Shown here in pieces: positions 9,423 through 17,402 of a stretch of 64,000 nucleotides of DNA. The translations under genes and the position numbers were made by a program. Source of the stretch: Methyloversatilis sp. (GTDB lineage: Bacteria > Pseudomonadota > Gammaproteobacteria > Burkholderiales > Rhodocyclaceae). The stretch lies in assembly GCA_016791045.1 (NCBI GenBank), contig JAEUNO010000019.1, positions 137,532 through 201,531 on the forward strand. Direction: 5' to 3'. The notes under the pieces were generated by a model, which saw only the letters and a program-made list of their open reading frames with translations, was not told the origin of the DNA and made no database searches. Numbering within the stretch: position 1 is the stretch's first letter; every line of letters begins with the position of its first letter.

Positions 9423-9992
9423 ATGCGCGTCTGTGTGTTCTGCGGCTCCCGCGAGGGTGACCGCCCCCTCTATCGCGACGCCGCCGCCGAACTGGGCACG
9501 CTCATCGCGCGCGCCGGCCACGGCGTGGTCTATGGCGGCGGCAATATCGGTCTGATGGGCATCATCGCGGACGCGGCACTGGCGGCCGGTGGAGAGGTGA
9601 TCGGCGTCATTCCGCGTCACCTGCTCGATCGCGAAGTCGCCCATGGCGATCTGAGCACGCTGCACGTGGTGGGCAGCATGCACGAGCGCAAGGCACTGAT
9701 GGCGGAACTGGCTGACGTCTTCGTCGCGGCACCCGGCGGCTTTGGCACGCTGGACGAACTGTGCGAAATTCTCACCTGGGCGCAGCTCGGATTGCATCGC
9801 AAACCGTGCGGCCTGCTCAATACCGCGGGCTATTTCGACCCGCTGCTCGCGATGTTCGATCACGCGGTGCGCGAGGGTTTTCTGAGCGCCGCGCACCGTC
9901 AGCTCATGCCGTCCGAACAGCACGCGCAGCGTCTGCTCGACCGCCTGCTGTCCGCCGTCGTTTCCGGGGAGAATTCGCTGCATGAAGCCTGA
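9423..9992 (+). CDS. LOG family protein (cytokinin riboside 5'-monophosphate phosphoribohydrolase-like, TIGR00730 type)
   Basis: 189 aa. Motifs VVYGGGNIGLMG and PGGFGTLDELCEILTWAQLGLHRKP. Confidence 0.88.
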   Translation: MRVCVFCGSREGDRPLYRDAAAELGTLIARAGHGVVYGGGNIGLMGIIADAALAAGGEVIGVIPRHLLDREVAHGDLSTLHVVGSMHERKALMAELADVFVAAPGGFGTLDELCEILTWAQLGLHRKPCGLLNTAGYFDPLLAMFDHAVREGFLSAAHRQLMPSEQHAQRLLDRLLSAVVSGENSLHEA

Positions 9993-10359
9993 TCTGACGC
10001 GCCTGCTGTTCGCCTGTGCCTGCGCAAGCCTGCCCGCCGCCAGCAGCGCCGAGAGCCCGCAGGTGCGACCGGTCGACCTGGTGCATGCGGTACCGCTGCT
10101 GACCGAAAGCGGTCGCGCCGGCTACAGCCGTTTCCTGCGTATCGGGATCCGCCCGCGCGCTTTTGCGCTGAACATGAACGGCGACTGGGCCTGGAATGCC
10201 GGCGAAGGCGCAGTGACCGACGCACTGGCGCGCTGCGAGGCGCACGGCCTGCCCTGCCAGCTGTACGCCGTGGATGAGGAGGTCGTGATGCCCGGCTTCG
10301 AACTGGGCGCACCGCTGCGAGCGCTCGGCGGCCCGCTGGTACAGGGAGACCCGCAGTGA
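9982..10359 (+). CDS. Secreted hypothetical protein (resembles DUF4189-type Cys-containing domain)
   Basis: 125 aa. Signal peptide MKPDLTRLLFACACASLPAASSAES. C-terminal ALARCEAHGLPCQLYAVD. Overlaps the LOG end by 11 nt and the next gene by GTGA. Confidence 0.55.
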   Translation: MKPDLTRLLFACACASLPAASSAESPQVRPVDLVHAVPLLTESGRAGYSRFLRIGIRPRAFALNMNGDWAWNAGEGAVTDALARCEAHGLPCQLYAVDEEVVMPGFELGAPLRALGGPLVQGDPQ

Positions 10360-11150
10360 CGCGCAACGCCGACGCGCTGGCGCTGACCGAGGTCGATGCC
10401 GGCATCGGCATCGTCACGCTGAATCGCCCGCACGCGCACAACCTGCTCGACGCCTCGCTCGCGGAGTCGCTGATCGGCGCCATCGACGATCTGGTCGCTC
10501 AGCCTGCCGTGCGCACCATCGTGCTGTCGGCACTGGGCGACAGCTTCAGCATCGGTTCAGATCCGCTCGAACTCGACCGCAGCGGCCTGATCGCCGTCGA
10601 ACCGGCGCTGGCGGCGCGACTGCTGCGCAGCGTGGCCGAATGCCCGCGACCCGTGGTGGCGCGCGTACAGGGCCCCGCCTATGGGCTGGGCGCCGGCCTG
10701 ATCGCCGCGTGCGACGTTGCCATCGCCAGTTTCGATGCCGAGTTTTCGTTCGACAGCGTCCATCTCGGTCGCGTACCGGCCGTCATCGCGCCGTACGTGA
10801 TCGCCGCCATCGGGCCGCAGCGCGCGCGCCGTTACTTCCTGACCGGCGAGCGCTTTTCGGCATCCGAGGCCTACCGCATCGGCCTGCTGTCGGAGCTGGC
10901 CGCATCGGCCGAACAGCTTGACGATGCGATCGGCGAAGTGGTGGATGCGCTGCTGCTCGGCGGACCGCGAGCGCAGCAGCAGGTCAAGTCCCTGGTGCGT
11001 GCGCTCGGCCGGCCGCGGGTGGACGAGAAGACGCTCGATCAGGCGGTGGACATCGAGCACCGGCTCGATGCCGGTGCAGAGGCGCAGGAAGGTCTGGACG
11101 CGCTGTTCGGGCGGCGTCATCCCGGCTGGGTGCCGGCTGGCAGTTCGTGA
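10356..11150 (+). CDS. Enoyl-CoA hydratase/isomerase family protein (methylglutaconyl-CoA hydratase-like)
   Basis: 264 aa, GTG start. Crotonase motifs IVTLNRPHAHNLLD and VQGPAYGLGAGLIAACDVAIAS. Coupled to the HMG-CoA lyase gene. Confidence 0.85.
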   Translation: MTRNADALALTEVDAGIGIVTLNRPHAHNLLDASLAESLIGAIDDLVAQPAVRTIVLSALGDSFSIGSDPLELDRSGLIAVEPALAARLLRSVAECPRPVVARVQGPAYGLGAGLIAACDVAIASFDAEFSFDSVHLGRVPAVIAPYVIAAIGPQRARRYFLTGERFSASEAYRIGLLSELAASAEQLDDAIGEVVDALLLGGPRAQQQVKSLVRALGRPRVDEKTLDQAVDIEHRLDAGAEAQEGLDALFGRRHPGWVPAGSS

Positions 11151-12061
11151 TGGAGACGCTGCCCGCTGCCGTGCGCATCGTCGAGGTCGGTCCGCGCGAC
11201 GGCCTGCAGAACGAAGCGGTCGCGCTGGATGTCGAGCGTCGGCTCGCACTGATCGGCCGGCTGTCGGACGCCGGTCTGCGCGACATTGAAGCCGGTGCCT
11301 TCGTATCGCCGCGTCGCGTGCCCAATATGGCCGGCAGCGGCGAACTGATGCAGCAGCTAGACCGTCGGCCGGGTGTCAGCTACCCCTGCCTGGTGCCCAA
11401 CGAAACCGGCCTCGATGCCGCGCTGGAGGCGGGCTGCACCGACATCGCGATCTTTGCCGCCGTGTCGGAAACCTTCTCGCAACGCAACACCGGCTGCAGC
11501 ATCACCGAATCGATGGACCGCCTGGCGCGTGTGGCGGTGCGTGCGCACGAAGCGGGTCTGCGGGTGCGCGGCTACCTGTCGTGCGTCCTGGGTTGCCCGT
11601 ACGAAGGCGCCGTCAGCGATGAAACCGTTGCCACGCTGTCGGCCGAGCTGATTGCCATGGGCTGTCACGAAGTGAGCCTCGGCGACACGACCGGCGTCGG
11701 CAGCCCGTTCCGGGTGCGCGCGCTGATCGAACGCGTGGCGCGACGCGTGCCGCCGCGGCAGCTCGCCGGTCATTTCCACGACACCTGGGGCATGGCGGCG
11801 GCGAATGTCTTCGCAGCCGCACTGGCAGGCGTGACCGTGTTCGACGCTTCGGTCGGCGGACTGGGCGGCTGCCCGTTCGCGCCGGGCGCGACCGGAAACG
11901 TTGCGACCGAAGACCTTGTCTATCTGTTCGATGATGCGGGCGTGCACACCGGCATCGATCTGAGGAAACTGGTGGATGTGGCGTACTGGATCAGCGCGCA
12001 ACTCGACCGCCCGGTCGCGTCGCGCGTGGCCCGTGCCTTCAACTCAAGACGACCCACATGA
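11147..12061 (+). CDS. Hydroxymethylglutaryl-CoA lyase
   Basis: 304 aa. Motifs VEVGPRDGLQNE, HFHDTWGMAAANV and GLGGCPFAPGATGNVATEDLVY. Confidence 0.9.
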   Translation: MMETLPAAVRIVEVGPRDGLQNEAVALDVERRLALIGRLSDAGLRDIEAGAFVSPRRVPNMAGSGELMQQLDRRPGVSYPCLVPNETGLDAALEAGCTDIAIFAAVSETFSQRNTGCSITESMDRLARVAVRAHEAGLRVRGYLSCVLGCPYEGAVSDETVATLSAELIAMGCHEVSLGDTTGVGSPFRVRALIERVARRVPPRQLAGHFHDTWGMAAANVFAAALAGVTVFDASVGGLGGCPFAPGATGNVATEDLVYLFDDAGVHTGIDLRKLVDVAYWISAQLDRPVASRVARAFNSRRPT

Positions 12062-12252
12062 TTGCTTCACCCTGTACCGGCGTTTGCCAGCTTGATCCCG
12101 CCACGGCGCTCTGCCTGGGCTGCCTGCGCTCGCGCGATGAAATCGCCTGCTGGGGCTCGACAACCGACAACCAGCGCCTGCAGATCCTGGCCAACATCGG
12201 TCGGCGCGAAGCGGCCGGGCACCTGCGGATCACACCGACGGATGGCCCGTGA
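12058..12252 (+). CDS. DUF1289 domain-containing protein
   Basis: 64 aa. SPCTGVCQLDPATALCLGCLRSRDEIACW Cys pattern. ATGA overlap with the lyase stop. Confidence 0.8.
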   Translation: MIASPCTGVCQLDPATALCLGCLRSRDEIACWGSTTDNQRLQILANIGRREAAGHLRITPTDGP

Positions 12253-12257
12253 GCGAT

Positions 12258-12440
12258 TCAACCCGATTTCAGTTTGCGCGGGCTGACAGCCGGCGCTGCC
12301 GGTGCCGGCTCGGCGGGCGCGGGATACTCGCGGGCCAGCGGATCACTCTGCACCGGTTCGGTGCGCGGCCCCGCACGATCCGCATCCCGTTCGGAACGCC
12401 GCCTGTTGGCCTGACTGCGCTGAAGTCTGAGGTATCGCAT
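12258..12440 (-). CDS. Possible small Arg-rich protein (60 aa), unknown function
   Basis: ATG 12440 is preceded by AAGGAG (complement of 12447-12452) at 6-nt spacing. Product MRYLRLQRSQANRRRSERD... is low-complexity and GC3 is lower than in neighbours, so coding status is uncertain. Confidence 0.3.
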   Translation of the reverse strand: MRYLRLQRSQANRRRSERDADRAGPRTEPVQSDPLAREYPAPAEPAPAAPAVSPRKLKSG

Positions 12441-12697
12441 GCCGGGCTCCTTCGATGTGGAAGTGCAGCGGGCGGAAATCCGGACACGGTGTGGCGACAC
12501 GTCAGACCTTGCAGAAAATCGCCTGTGACGCCCCTGTCTGGATCATCATGGACGGCCGGTGGCGGACGGTCGAACAAGGGGTCCGGCGCAGGCCCGAACT
12601 TCAAGCGTAGATTGCGGCCGGTCAGAGTCAAGCATGTTGCATGCATGAACATCCATTTGCAGGGTGAATCAAGGTGAATGAATTGCGGCGCGGCGCC

Positions 12698-13546
12698 ATG
12701 CGCCTCGTACTGATCAGCGGCATGTCCGGTTCCGGCAAGAGCGTGGCGCTCAATGTGCTGGAAGATGGCGGCTTCTTCTGTGTCGACAACCTGCCGGCGC
12801 CGCTGCTGCCGCAGCTGGTCGGACATCTGCGCGAGGCCGGCTACACCCGGGTTGCCATCGCCGTGGACGTGCGTTCGGGCAAGAGCATGGAAGCGTTGCC
12901 GCCGATGATGGGGGTGCTGCGCAACGGCACCCAGTTGCAGACGCTGTTTCTCGACGCGCGCGACGCCACGCTGATCGCGCGCTTTTCCGAAACACGCCGC
13001 CGCCATCCGCTGGGCGACGACCAGACCTCGCTCGGCGAGGCGATCCGGCGCGAACGCGAGCTGCTGGCGCCGATCGTCGAACTGGGTCATCGCATCGACA
13101 CCAGTGACCTGCAGGCCTCGGTATTGCGCAAGTGGGTGCGCGATGTCGTCGAAGTCGACGAAGCGACCGGGCTGACGTTGATGTTCGAGTCGTTCGGCTT
13201 CAAGCACGGCATCCCGCTCGACGCCGATCTGGTGTTCGACGTGCGCTGCCTGCCCAATCCGTATTACGACGTCGTGCTGCGACCGCAGAGCGGGCAGGAC
13301 AAGCCGGTGATCGATTTCCTGGAAGGTCACGCAGAGGTGATCCGCATGCGCGACGACATCGCGCGCTTCGTGCGCGACTGGCTGCCCTGCTATGTGAAGG
13401 ACAGCCGCAGCTATCTCACCGTGGCCATCGGCTGCACCGGCGGTCAGCATCGCTCCGTGTATATGGCGCAGTGGCTGGCCGAGCACTTCCGCAGCGCGGC
13501 GCGCGTACTGGTGCGCCACCGCTCGCTGGCTTCGGCTCATAAATGA
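12698..13546 (+). CDS. rapZ: RNase adapter protein RapZ (P-loop NTPase YhbJ family)
   Basis: MRLVLISGMSGSGKSVALNVLEDGGFFCVDNLP and IAIGCTGGQHRSVY. The ATG at 12698 aligns with the usual RapZ N-terminus; an in-frame GTG at 12674 is an alternative start. Confidence 0.9.
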   Translation: MRLVLISGMSGSGKSVALNVLEDGGFFCVDNLPAPLLPQLVGHLREAGYTRVAIAVDVRSGKSMEALPPMMGVLRNGTQLQTLFLDARDATLIARFSETRRRHPLGDDQTSLGEAIRRERELLAPIVELGHRIDTSDLQASVLRKWVRDVVEVDEATGLTLMFESFGFKHGIPLDADLVFDVRCLPNPYYDVVLRPQSGQDKPVIDFLEGHAEVIRMRDDIARFVRDWLPCYVKDSRSYLTVAIGCTGGQHRSVYMAQWLAEHFRSAARVLVRHRSLASAHK

Positions 13547-13917
13547 AGGCAGTGCGGCCAGGCGACTGGCTGGTCATCGCCGCCGGCCTGCTCGCCACCG
13601 CGGCGACTGCGGCCGCGCAATGGGGCCGCAGCGCACCGGCCCTGGCACAGGTCAGGCTGGACGGGCGCATCGTGGCCGAACTGCCGCTGACCGGCACGCA
13701 TCGCGTCGCCCTGGACGGCGCCCTCGCCGCGCTTGGCCAGACGGTGATCGAAGTCGAACCCGGCCGGGCGCGCATCGCCGCCGACCCGGGCCCGCGTCAG
13801 TACTGCGTGCACCAGGGCTGGCTGACCCGCACCGGCAGCGTCGCGGTGTGCGCGCCCAGCCACATATCGCTGCAGCTGGTCGGCCCGGACGGTGCGCATG
13901 ACACGGTGGCATTCTGA
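13543..13917 (+). CDS. NusG domain II-containing protein
   Basis: 124 aa. N-terminal TM/signal anchor, then YCVHQGWLTRTGSVAVCAPSHISLQLVG, typical of NusG_II proteins that pair with Gx transporters. ATGA overlap with rapZ. Confidence 0.75.
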   Translation: MKAVRPGDWLVIAAGLLATAATAAAQWGRSAPALAQVRLDGRIVAELPLTGTHRVALDGALAALGQTVIEVEPGRARIAADPGPRQYCVHQGWLTRTGSVAVCAPSHISLQLVGPDGAHDTVAF

Positions 13918-14438
13918 TGTCGCCAGCCGCCCCGACGCTGCAGGTCGAGCCCAGCGCACGCGACCGCCGGCTGGCGCGTTACGCGGCGGCTGCAATCGCC
14001 GCGTCACTGGTCGAAGCGGCGATTCCGAGTCCGCTGCCGGGCGTCAAGCCCGGTCTGGCGAACATCGTCATCCTGATCGTGCTGGCGCGCCACGGCTGGC
14101 GCGACGCGGCCTGGGTAAGCGTGCTGCGGGTGGTCGCCGGCAGCCTGCTCGCCGGCCAGTTCCTCGCGCCCGGCTTCTTTCTGGCGGGCGCCGGCGCGCT
14201 GGCCAGTCTGGCGGTACTGGGCGCGCTGCAGGCGGTGTCCTGGCGCTGGCTCGGCCCGGTCGGCCGCTCGGTCGCCGCGGCGTTCGCCCATATCGGCGCG
14301 CAACTTCTGCTGGCGCGCCTGTGGCTGGTGCCGCATGACGGCCTGTTCAATCTGGCGCCGGTGTTCTTCGGCGCCGCGCTGCTGTTCGGCATCCTCAACG
14401 GCATCGTCGCCGCGCGGCTGATGCAGGAGAAAGCATGA
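13917..14438 (+). CDS. Gx transporter family protein (heptaprenyl diphosphate synthase component I-like membrane protein)
   Basis: 173 aa, polytopic hydrophobic. [16 protein letters not shown] motif. TGATG overlap upstream and ATGA overlap downstream. Confidence 0.75.
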   Translation: MSPAAPTLQVEPSARDRRLARYAAAAIAASLVEAAIPSPLPGVKPGLANIVILIVLARHGWRDAAWVSVLRVVAGSLLAGQFLAPGFFLAGAGALASLAVLGALQAVSWRWLGPVGRSVAAAFAHIGAQLLLARLWLVPHDGLFNLAPVFFGAALLFGILNGIVAARLMQEKA

Positions 14439-15070
14439 TGCGTACGTTCCCCGCTGCACCGCCGACCGTCCTCGTCGCGCTGACCGGCGCCTCCGGCATG
14501 CCGTACGGCCTGCGCCTGATCGAATGCCTGCTCGGCGCCGGCTGCAAGGTGTGGCTGGTCTATTCGCAAGTGGCGCAGATCGTGGCCCGGCAGGAGATGG
14601 ATCTGCTGCTGCCAGCCAATCCTGCGCAGGCCGCACGCGAACTGTCCGGGCGTTTCAATGCGCCGCCCGGCCTGCTCGAAGTGTTCGGCCGCGAGGACTG
14701 GAACTGCCCGCCGGCCTCCGGTTCGAACCCGCCCGACGCCATGGTGGTGTGCCCGTGCTCGATGGGTACGCTGGCGGCGATCGCCCACGGCCTGGCGTCG
14801 AGCCTGATCGAGCGCGCCGCCGACGTGGTGATGAAGGAACGCCGGCAGCTCATCCTGGTGCCGCGTGAAACGCCCTTTTCCACACTGCACCTGGAGAACA
14901 TGCTGAGCCTGTCGCGCAACGGCGCGGTCATCCTGCCGCCGTCGCCCGGCTTCTATCATCAGCCCCGGGGCATCGACGACCTGGTCGATTTCGTCGTGGC
15001 GCGCGTGCTCGATCAGCTGCGTGTGCCGCACGATCTGGTGCCGCGCTGGGGCGACGCGCCAACGGAGTGA
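14435..15070 (+). CDS. ubiX: Flavin prenyltransferase UbiX
   Basis: 211 aa. Motifs [18 protein letters not shown] and [15 protein letters not shown]. Confidence 0.92.
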   Translation: MMRTFPAAPPTVLVALTGASGMPYGLRLIECLLGAGCKVWLVYSQVAQIVARQEMDLLLPANPAQAARELSGRFNAPPGLLEVFGREDWNCPPASGSNPPDAMVVCPCSMGTLAAIAHGLASSLIERAADVVMKERRQLILVPRETPFSTLHLENMLSLSRNGAVILPPSPGFYHQPRGIDDLVDFVVARVLDQLRVPHDLVPRWGDAPTE

Positions 15071-15172
15071 AGCGCCCGGGGCGCTGTCACACGCCTGACA
15101 TGGAAATGAAACAAGCTGCAGGGCTTGTTCGGTTGCCCCCAGTCGGCGACCGGGCACCACGGGAGCGAGCAT

Positions 15173-15514
15173 ATGAAAATGGACAGCCAGACGCTGGATG
15201 GCGACATCACCCTGATCCGGCTGGACGGCCGGCTCGACATCGAAGGCGCGCAGACGCTGGACCAGCCCTTCACCTATCTGACCAGCACGCACCCGGCGAA
15301 GATCGCGGTCGACCTGTCGGACGTCAGTTTCGTCGCCTCGATCGGCATCCGGACGCTGCTTTCCGGCGCGCGCGGCCAGGCCTCGCGCGGCGGCAGACTG
15401 GTGCTGTTCGGTGCCCAGCCGATGGTGCTGCGTGTGCTGCAGACCGCCGGTGTCGACCAGTTGCTCACCTTGTGTACCGATCTCGACACGGCGCGCGCGG
15501 CGCTCGACGCCTGA
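15173..15514 (+). CDS. STAS-domain anti-sigma-factor antagonist-like protein
   Basis: 113 aa from ATG 15173 (SD GGGAG). LIRLDGRLDIEGAQTLDQ...DLSDVSFVASIGIRTLL, with the conserved phospho-acceptor Ser context (SFVASIG). Confidence 0.8.
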   Translation: MKMDSQTLDGDITLIRLDGRLDIEGAQTLDQPFTYLTSTHPAKIAVDLSDVSFVASIGIRTLLSGARGQASRGGRLVLFGAQPMVLRVLQTAGVDQLLTLCTDLDTARAALDA

Positions 15515-15544
15515 GCCCGCTCGGCATGCCTGCACGGGGCGCCG

Positions 15545-17308
15545 ATGCATAGCGCCCATGCGCGCCGCAGCCTGCGGCTGATCAACGACAGCGGCGCGAT
15601 TTCCGCCGCCAGCGCCTGGCTGCGCACGCTGGGCGACAGTTTCGAGCTGGGCAGCGAACTCACGTTCCGGCTCGATCTGTGCGTGTCGGAGCTGGTGGCC
15701 AACATCGTCAGCTACGCCTTCGAGGACGAGGCGCCGCACACGCTGGCACTCGATCTCATCCTCGAACCGCAGTCGGTCAAGCTGGTCATTGCCGACGATG
15801 GCTGCGAATTCGACCCGCTCGCGCTGCCCGATCCGGTCGCTCCGGCCACGCTGGAAGAGGCGAGCGTGGGCGGTCTCGGCGTGCATCTGGTGCGCCAGTT
15901 TGCCGATCAGGTCAGCTACGAGCGCGTCGGCGCGCGCAACCAGCTGACGCTCGCATGGACCCGACCCGGCCGCGCCGGACCGGCGCAGGGTCGGGCACCG
16001 ATCCGCCGCGGCATCGAACGCCGGCGCCGCCCGGCCCCAGCCTTCCCGCTGACCGCCGGCGATGGCGCGCGCATTGCCGCGGATCGGCGCAGCGGTAGCG
16101 AACGGCGGGCACTCGGTTTCATTTCCCGCATCGAACTGTTCCGCGAAGTGCCGTACGCCCTGATCGAAGGTCTGCTCGCGCACTGCCCGCAGCGCGATTA
16201 CCCCGACGAGTACGTCGTGCTGGCGCCCGGCGTATCGAACGAGCACGTGGCGCTGGTGCTGACCGGCCGGCTGCGCGTGCATCTGGATACGCCGCAGGGC
16301 GGCGATTACAGCGTGATCGCGGCGGGCGAGTGTGCCGGCGAACTGTCCATCATCGACGGCGAACCCGCCTCGGCCTGGGTGGTGGCCGAGCCCGGCACCC
16401 GTCTGCTGCTGATCGACGCCCACCAGTTCTTTTCCGATCTGCTGCCGCTGCCGCGCGTCGCGCGCAATCTGCTCGGCATGATGGCGGCGCGCATGCGCAA
16501 GACGAATCAGCAGGTGATCGACCGCGTACGAAACTCCATGCTGCTCGACCGGCTGCAGTCGGAAATGCGCACCGCGCAGGAAATCCAGACCGGCATGCTG
16601 CCGATGCGCTCGCCGCTGTTCCCCGAGCACTTCGAAATCGAGTGCGAAGCGAGCATCCAGCAGGCGCGCGAAGTGGGCGGCGATTTTTTCGATGCCTTCT
16701 TCATCGACGAGAAGCGCCTGTTCGTTGCCATCGGCGACGTGTGCGGCAAGGGCATGCCGGCCGCGCTGCTGATGATGCGCACGCTGACCACGCTGCGCTC
16801 GGAAGCGGGCCGCAAGCAGGGCCAGAAGGGCCATCTCGAACGGGTGATGGAACGCATCAACCGCAAGCTGGCGCTGAACAACGACCGCCTGCTGTTCGCC
16901 AGCCTGTTCATCGGCCTGCTGGACACCGGCAACGGCAGCTTCCGCTTTGCCAATGCCGGCCACATGCGGCCGGTCATCGCGCGCCAGGGCGAACCGGCTT
17001 CGCTGCTCAAGGTACCGCGCAACCCGATCGCCGGCATCGATCCGGCGATCGACTATGCGCTCGGCGAAACCCGGCTGGCGCGCGGCGACCTGCTGCTGCT
17101 GTATACCGATGGCGTGACCGAGGCGGAGAACGAAGCCGCCGAGCAATTCGGCGAAGCGCGCCTGCTCGCCGCCGTCACCGGCGCAGCGCGCGGCAGCGCA
17201 CTGCAGACCATAGGCGCGGTGCGCGACGCCACGCGCGCATTCTGCGGCGCGCACGCCCAGGCCGACGACATCACGCTGCTGGCGCTGCGCTTTCTCGGAC
17301 AGCCCTGA
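15545..17308 (+). CDS. Fusion protein: RsbW-like Ser kinase (HATPase_c_2), cyclic-nucleotide-binding domain and PP2C/SpoIIE phosphatase (SypE-like architecture)
   Basis: 587 aa. N-terminal CVSELVANIVSYAF...ADDGCEFDP...GGLGVHLVRQFAD. Central cNMP-binding segment (nt ~16117-16470) FISRIELFREVP...GECAGELSIIDGEPASAWVVA. C-terminal GGDFFDAF...GDVCGKGMPAALLM...NAGHMRP...LYTDGVTEA...DDITLLAL. Confidence 0.85.
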   Translation: MHSAHARRSLRLINDSGAISAASAWLRTLGDSFELGSELTFRLDLCVSELVANIVSYAFEDEAPHTLALDLILEPQSVKLVIADDGCEFDPLALPDPVAPATLEEASVGGLGVHLVRQFADQVSYERVGARNQLTLAWTRPGRAGPAQGRAPIRRGIERRRRPAPAFPLTAGDGARIAADRRSGSERRALGFISRIELFREVPYALIEGLLAHCPQRDYPDEYVVLAPGVSNEHVALVLTGRLRVHLDTPQGGDYSVIAAGECAGELSIIDGEPASAWVVAEPGTRLLLIDAHQFFSDLLPLPRVARNLLGMMAARMRKTNQQVIDRVRNSMLLDRLQSEMRTAQEIQTGMLPMRSPLFPEHFEIECEASIQQAREVGGDFFDAFFIDEKRLFVAIGDVCGKGMPAALLMMRTLTTLRSEAGRKQGQKGHLERVMERINRKLALNNDRLLFASLFIGLLDTGNGSFRFANAGHMRPVIARQGEPASLLKVPRNPIAGIDPAIDYALGETRLARGDLLLLYTDGVTEAENEAAEQFGEARLLAAVTGAARGSALQTIGAVRDATRAFCGAHAQADDITLLALRFLGQP

Positions 17309-17317
17309 AGGTCGCCG

Positions 17318-17357
17318 CTGTAACCGTCGTGTCGCCGCTGCGTCATATCGCCTGAAC
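17318..17357 (+). promoter_or_regulatory. Candidate Pho-box-like phased repeats upstream of olsB
   Basis: CTGTAAC-cgtc-GTGTCGC-cgct-GCGTCAT-atcg-CCTGAAC. These are 7-nt units with 11-bp periodicity, matching the CTGTCAT consensus at 5/7, 4/7 and 5/7 for the first three. A TATCGT -10-like hexamer lies about 10 nt downstream. Confidence 0.3.
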
Positions 17358-17402
17358 ACTGCGCACCTATCGTGAAGATGACCCTTCACGGAGACCGCCT
17401 GC

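Noticed and set aside
12249-12677. 142-aa plus-strand ORF filling the DUF1289-rapZ gap
   Set aside because: It has no SD and poor coding character, with a Arg/Gly/Cys-rich product, and it overlaps the better-supported (though still doubtful) minus-strand small ORF. I treat the region as non-coding or regulatory.
14720-14730. tRNA T-arm-like GGTTCGAACCC
   Set aside because: It lies inside the ubiX coding frame (SGSNPP). There is no flanking acceptor, anticodon or D-arm complementarity.
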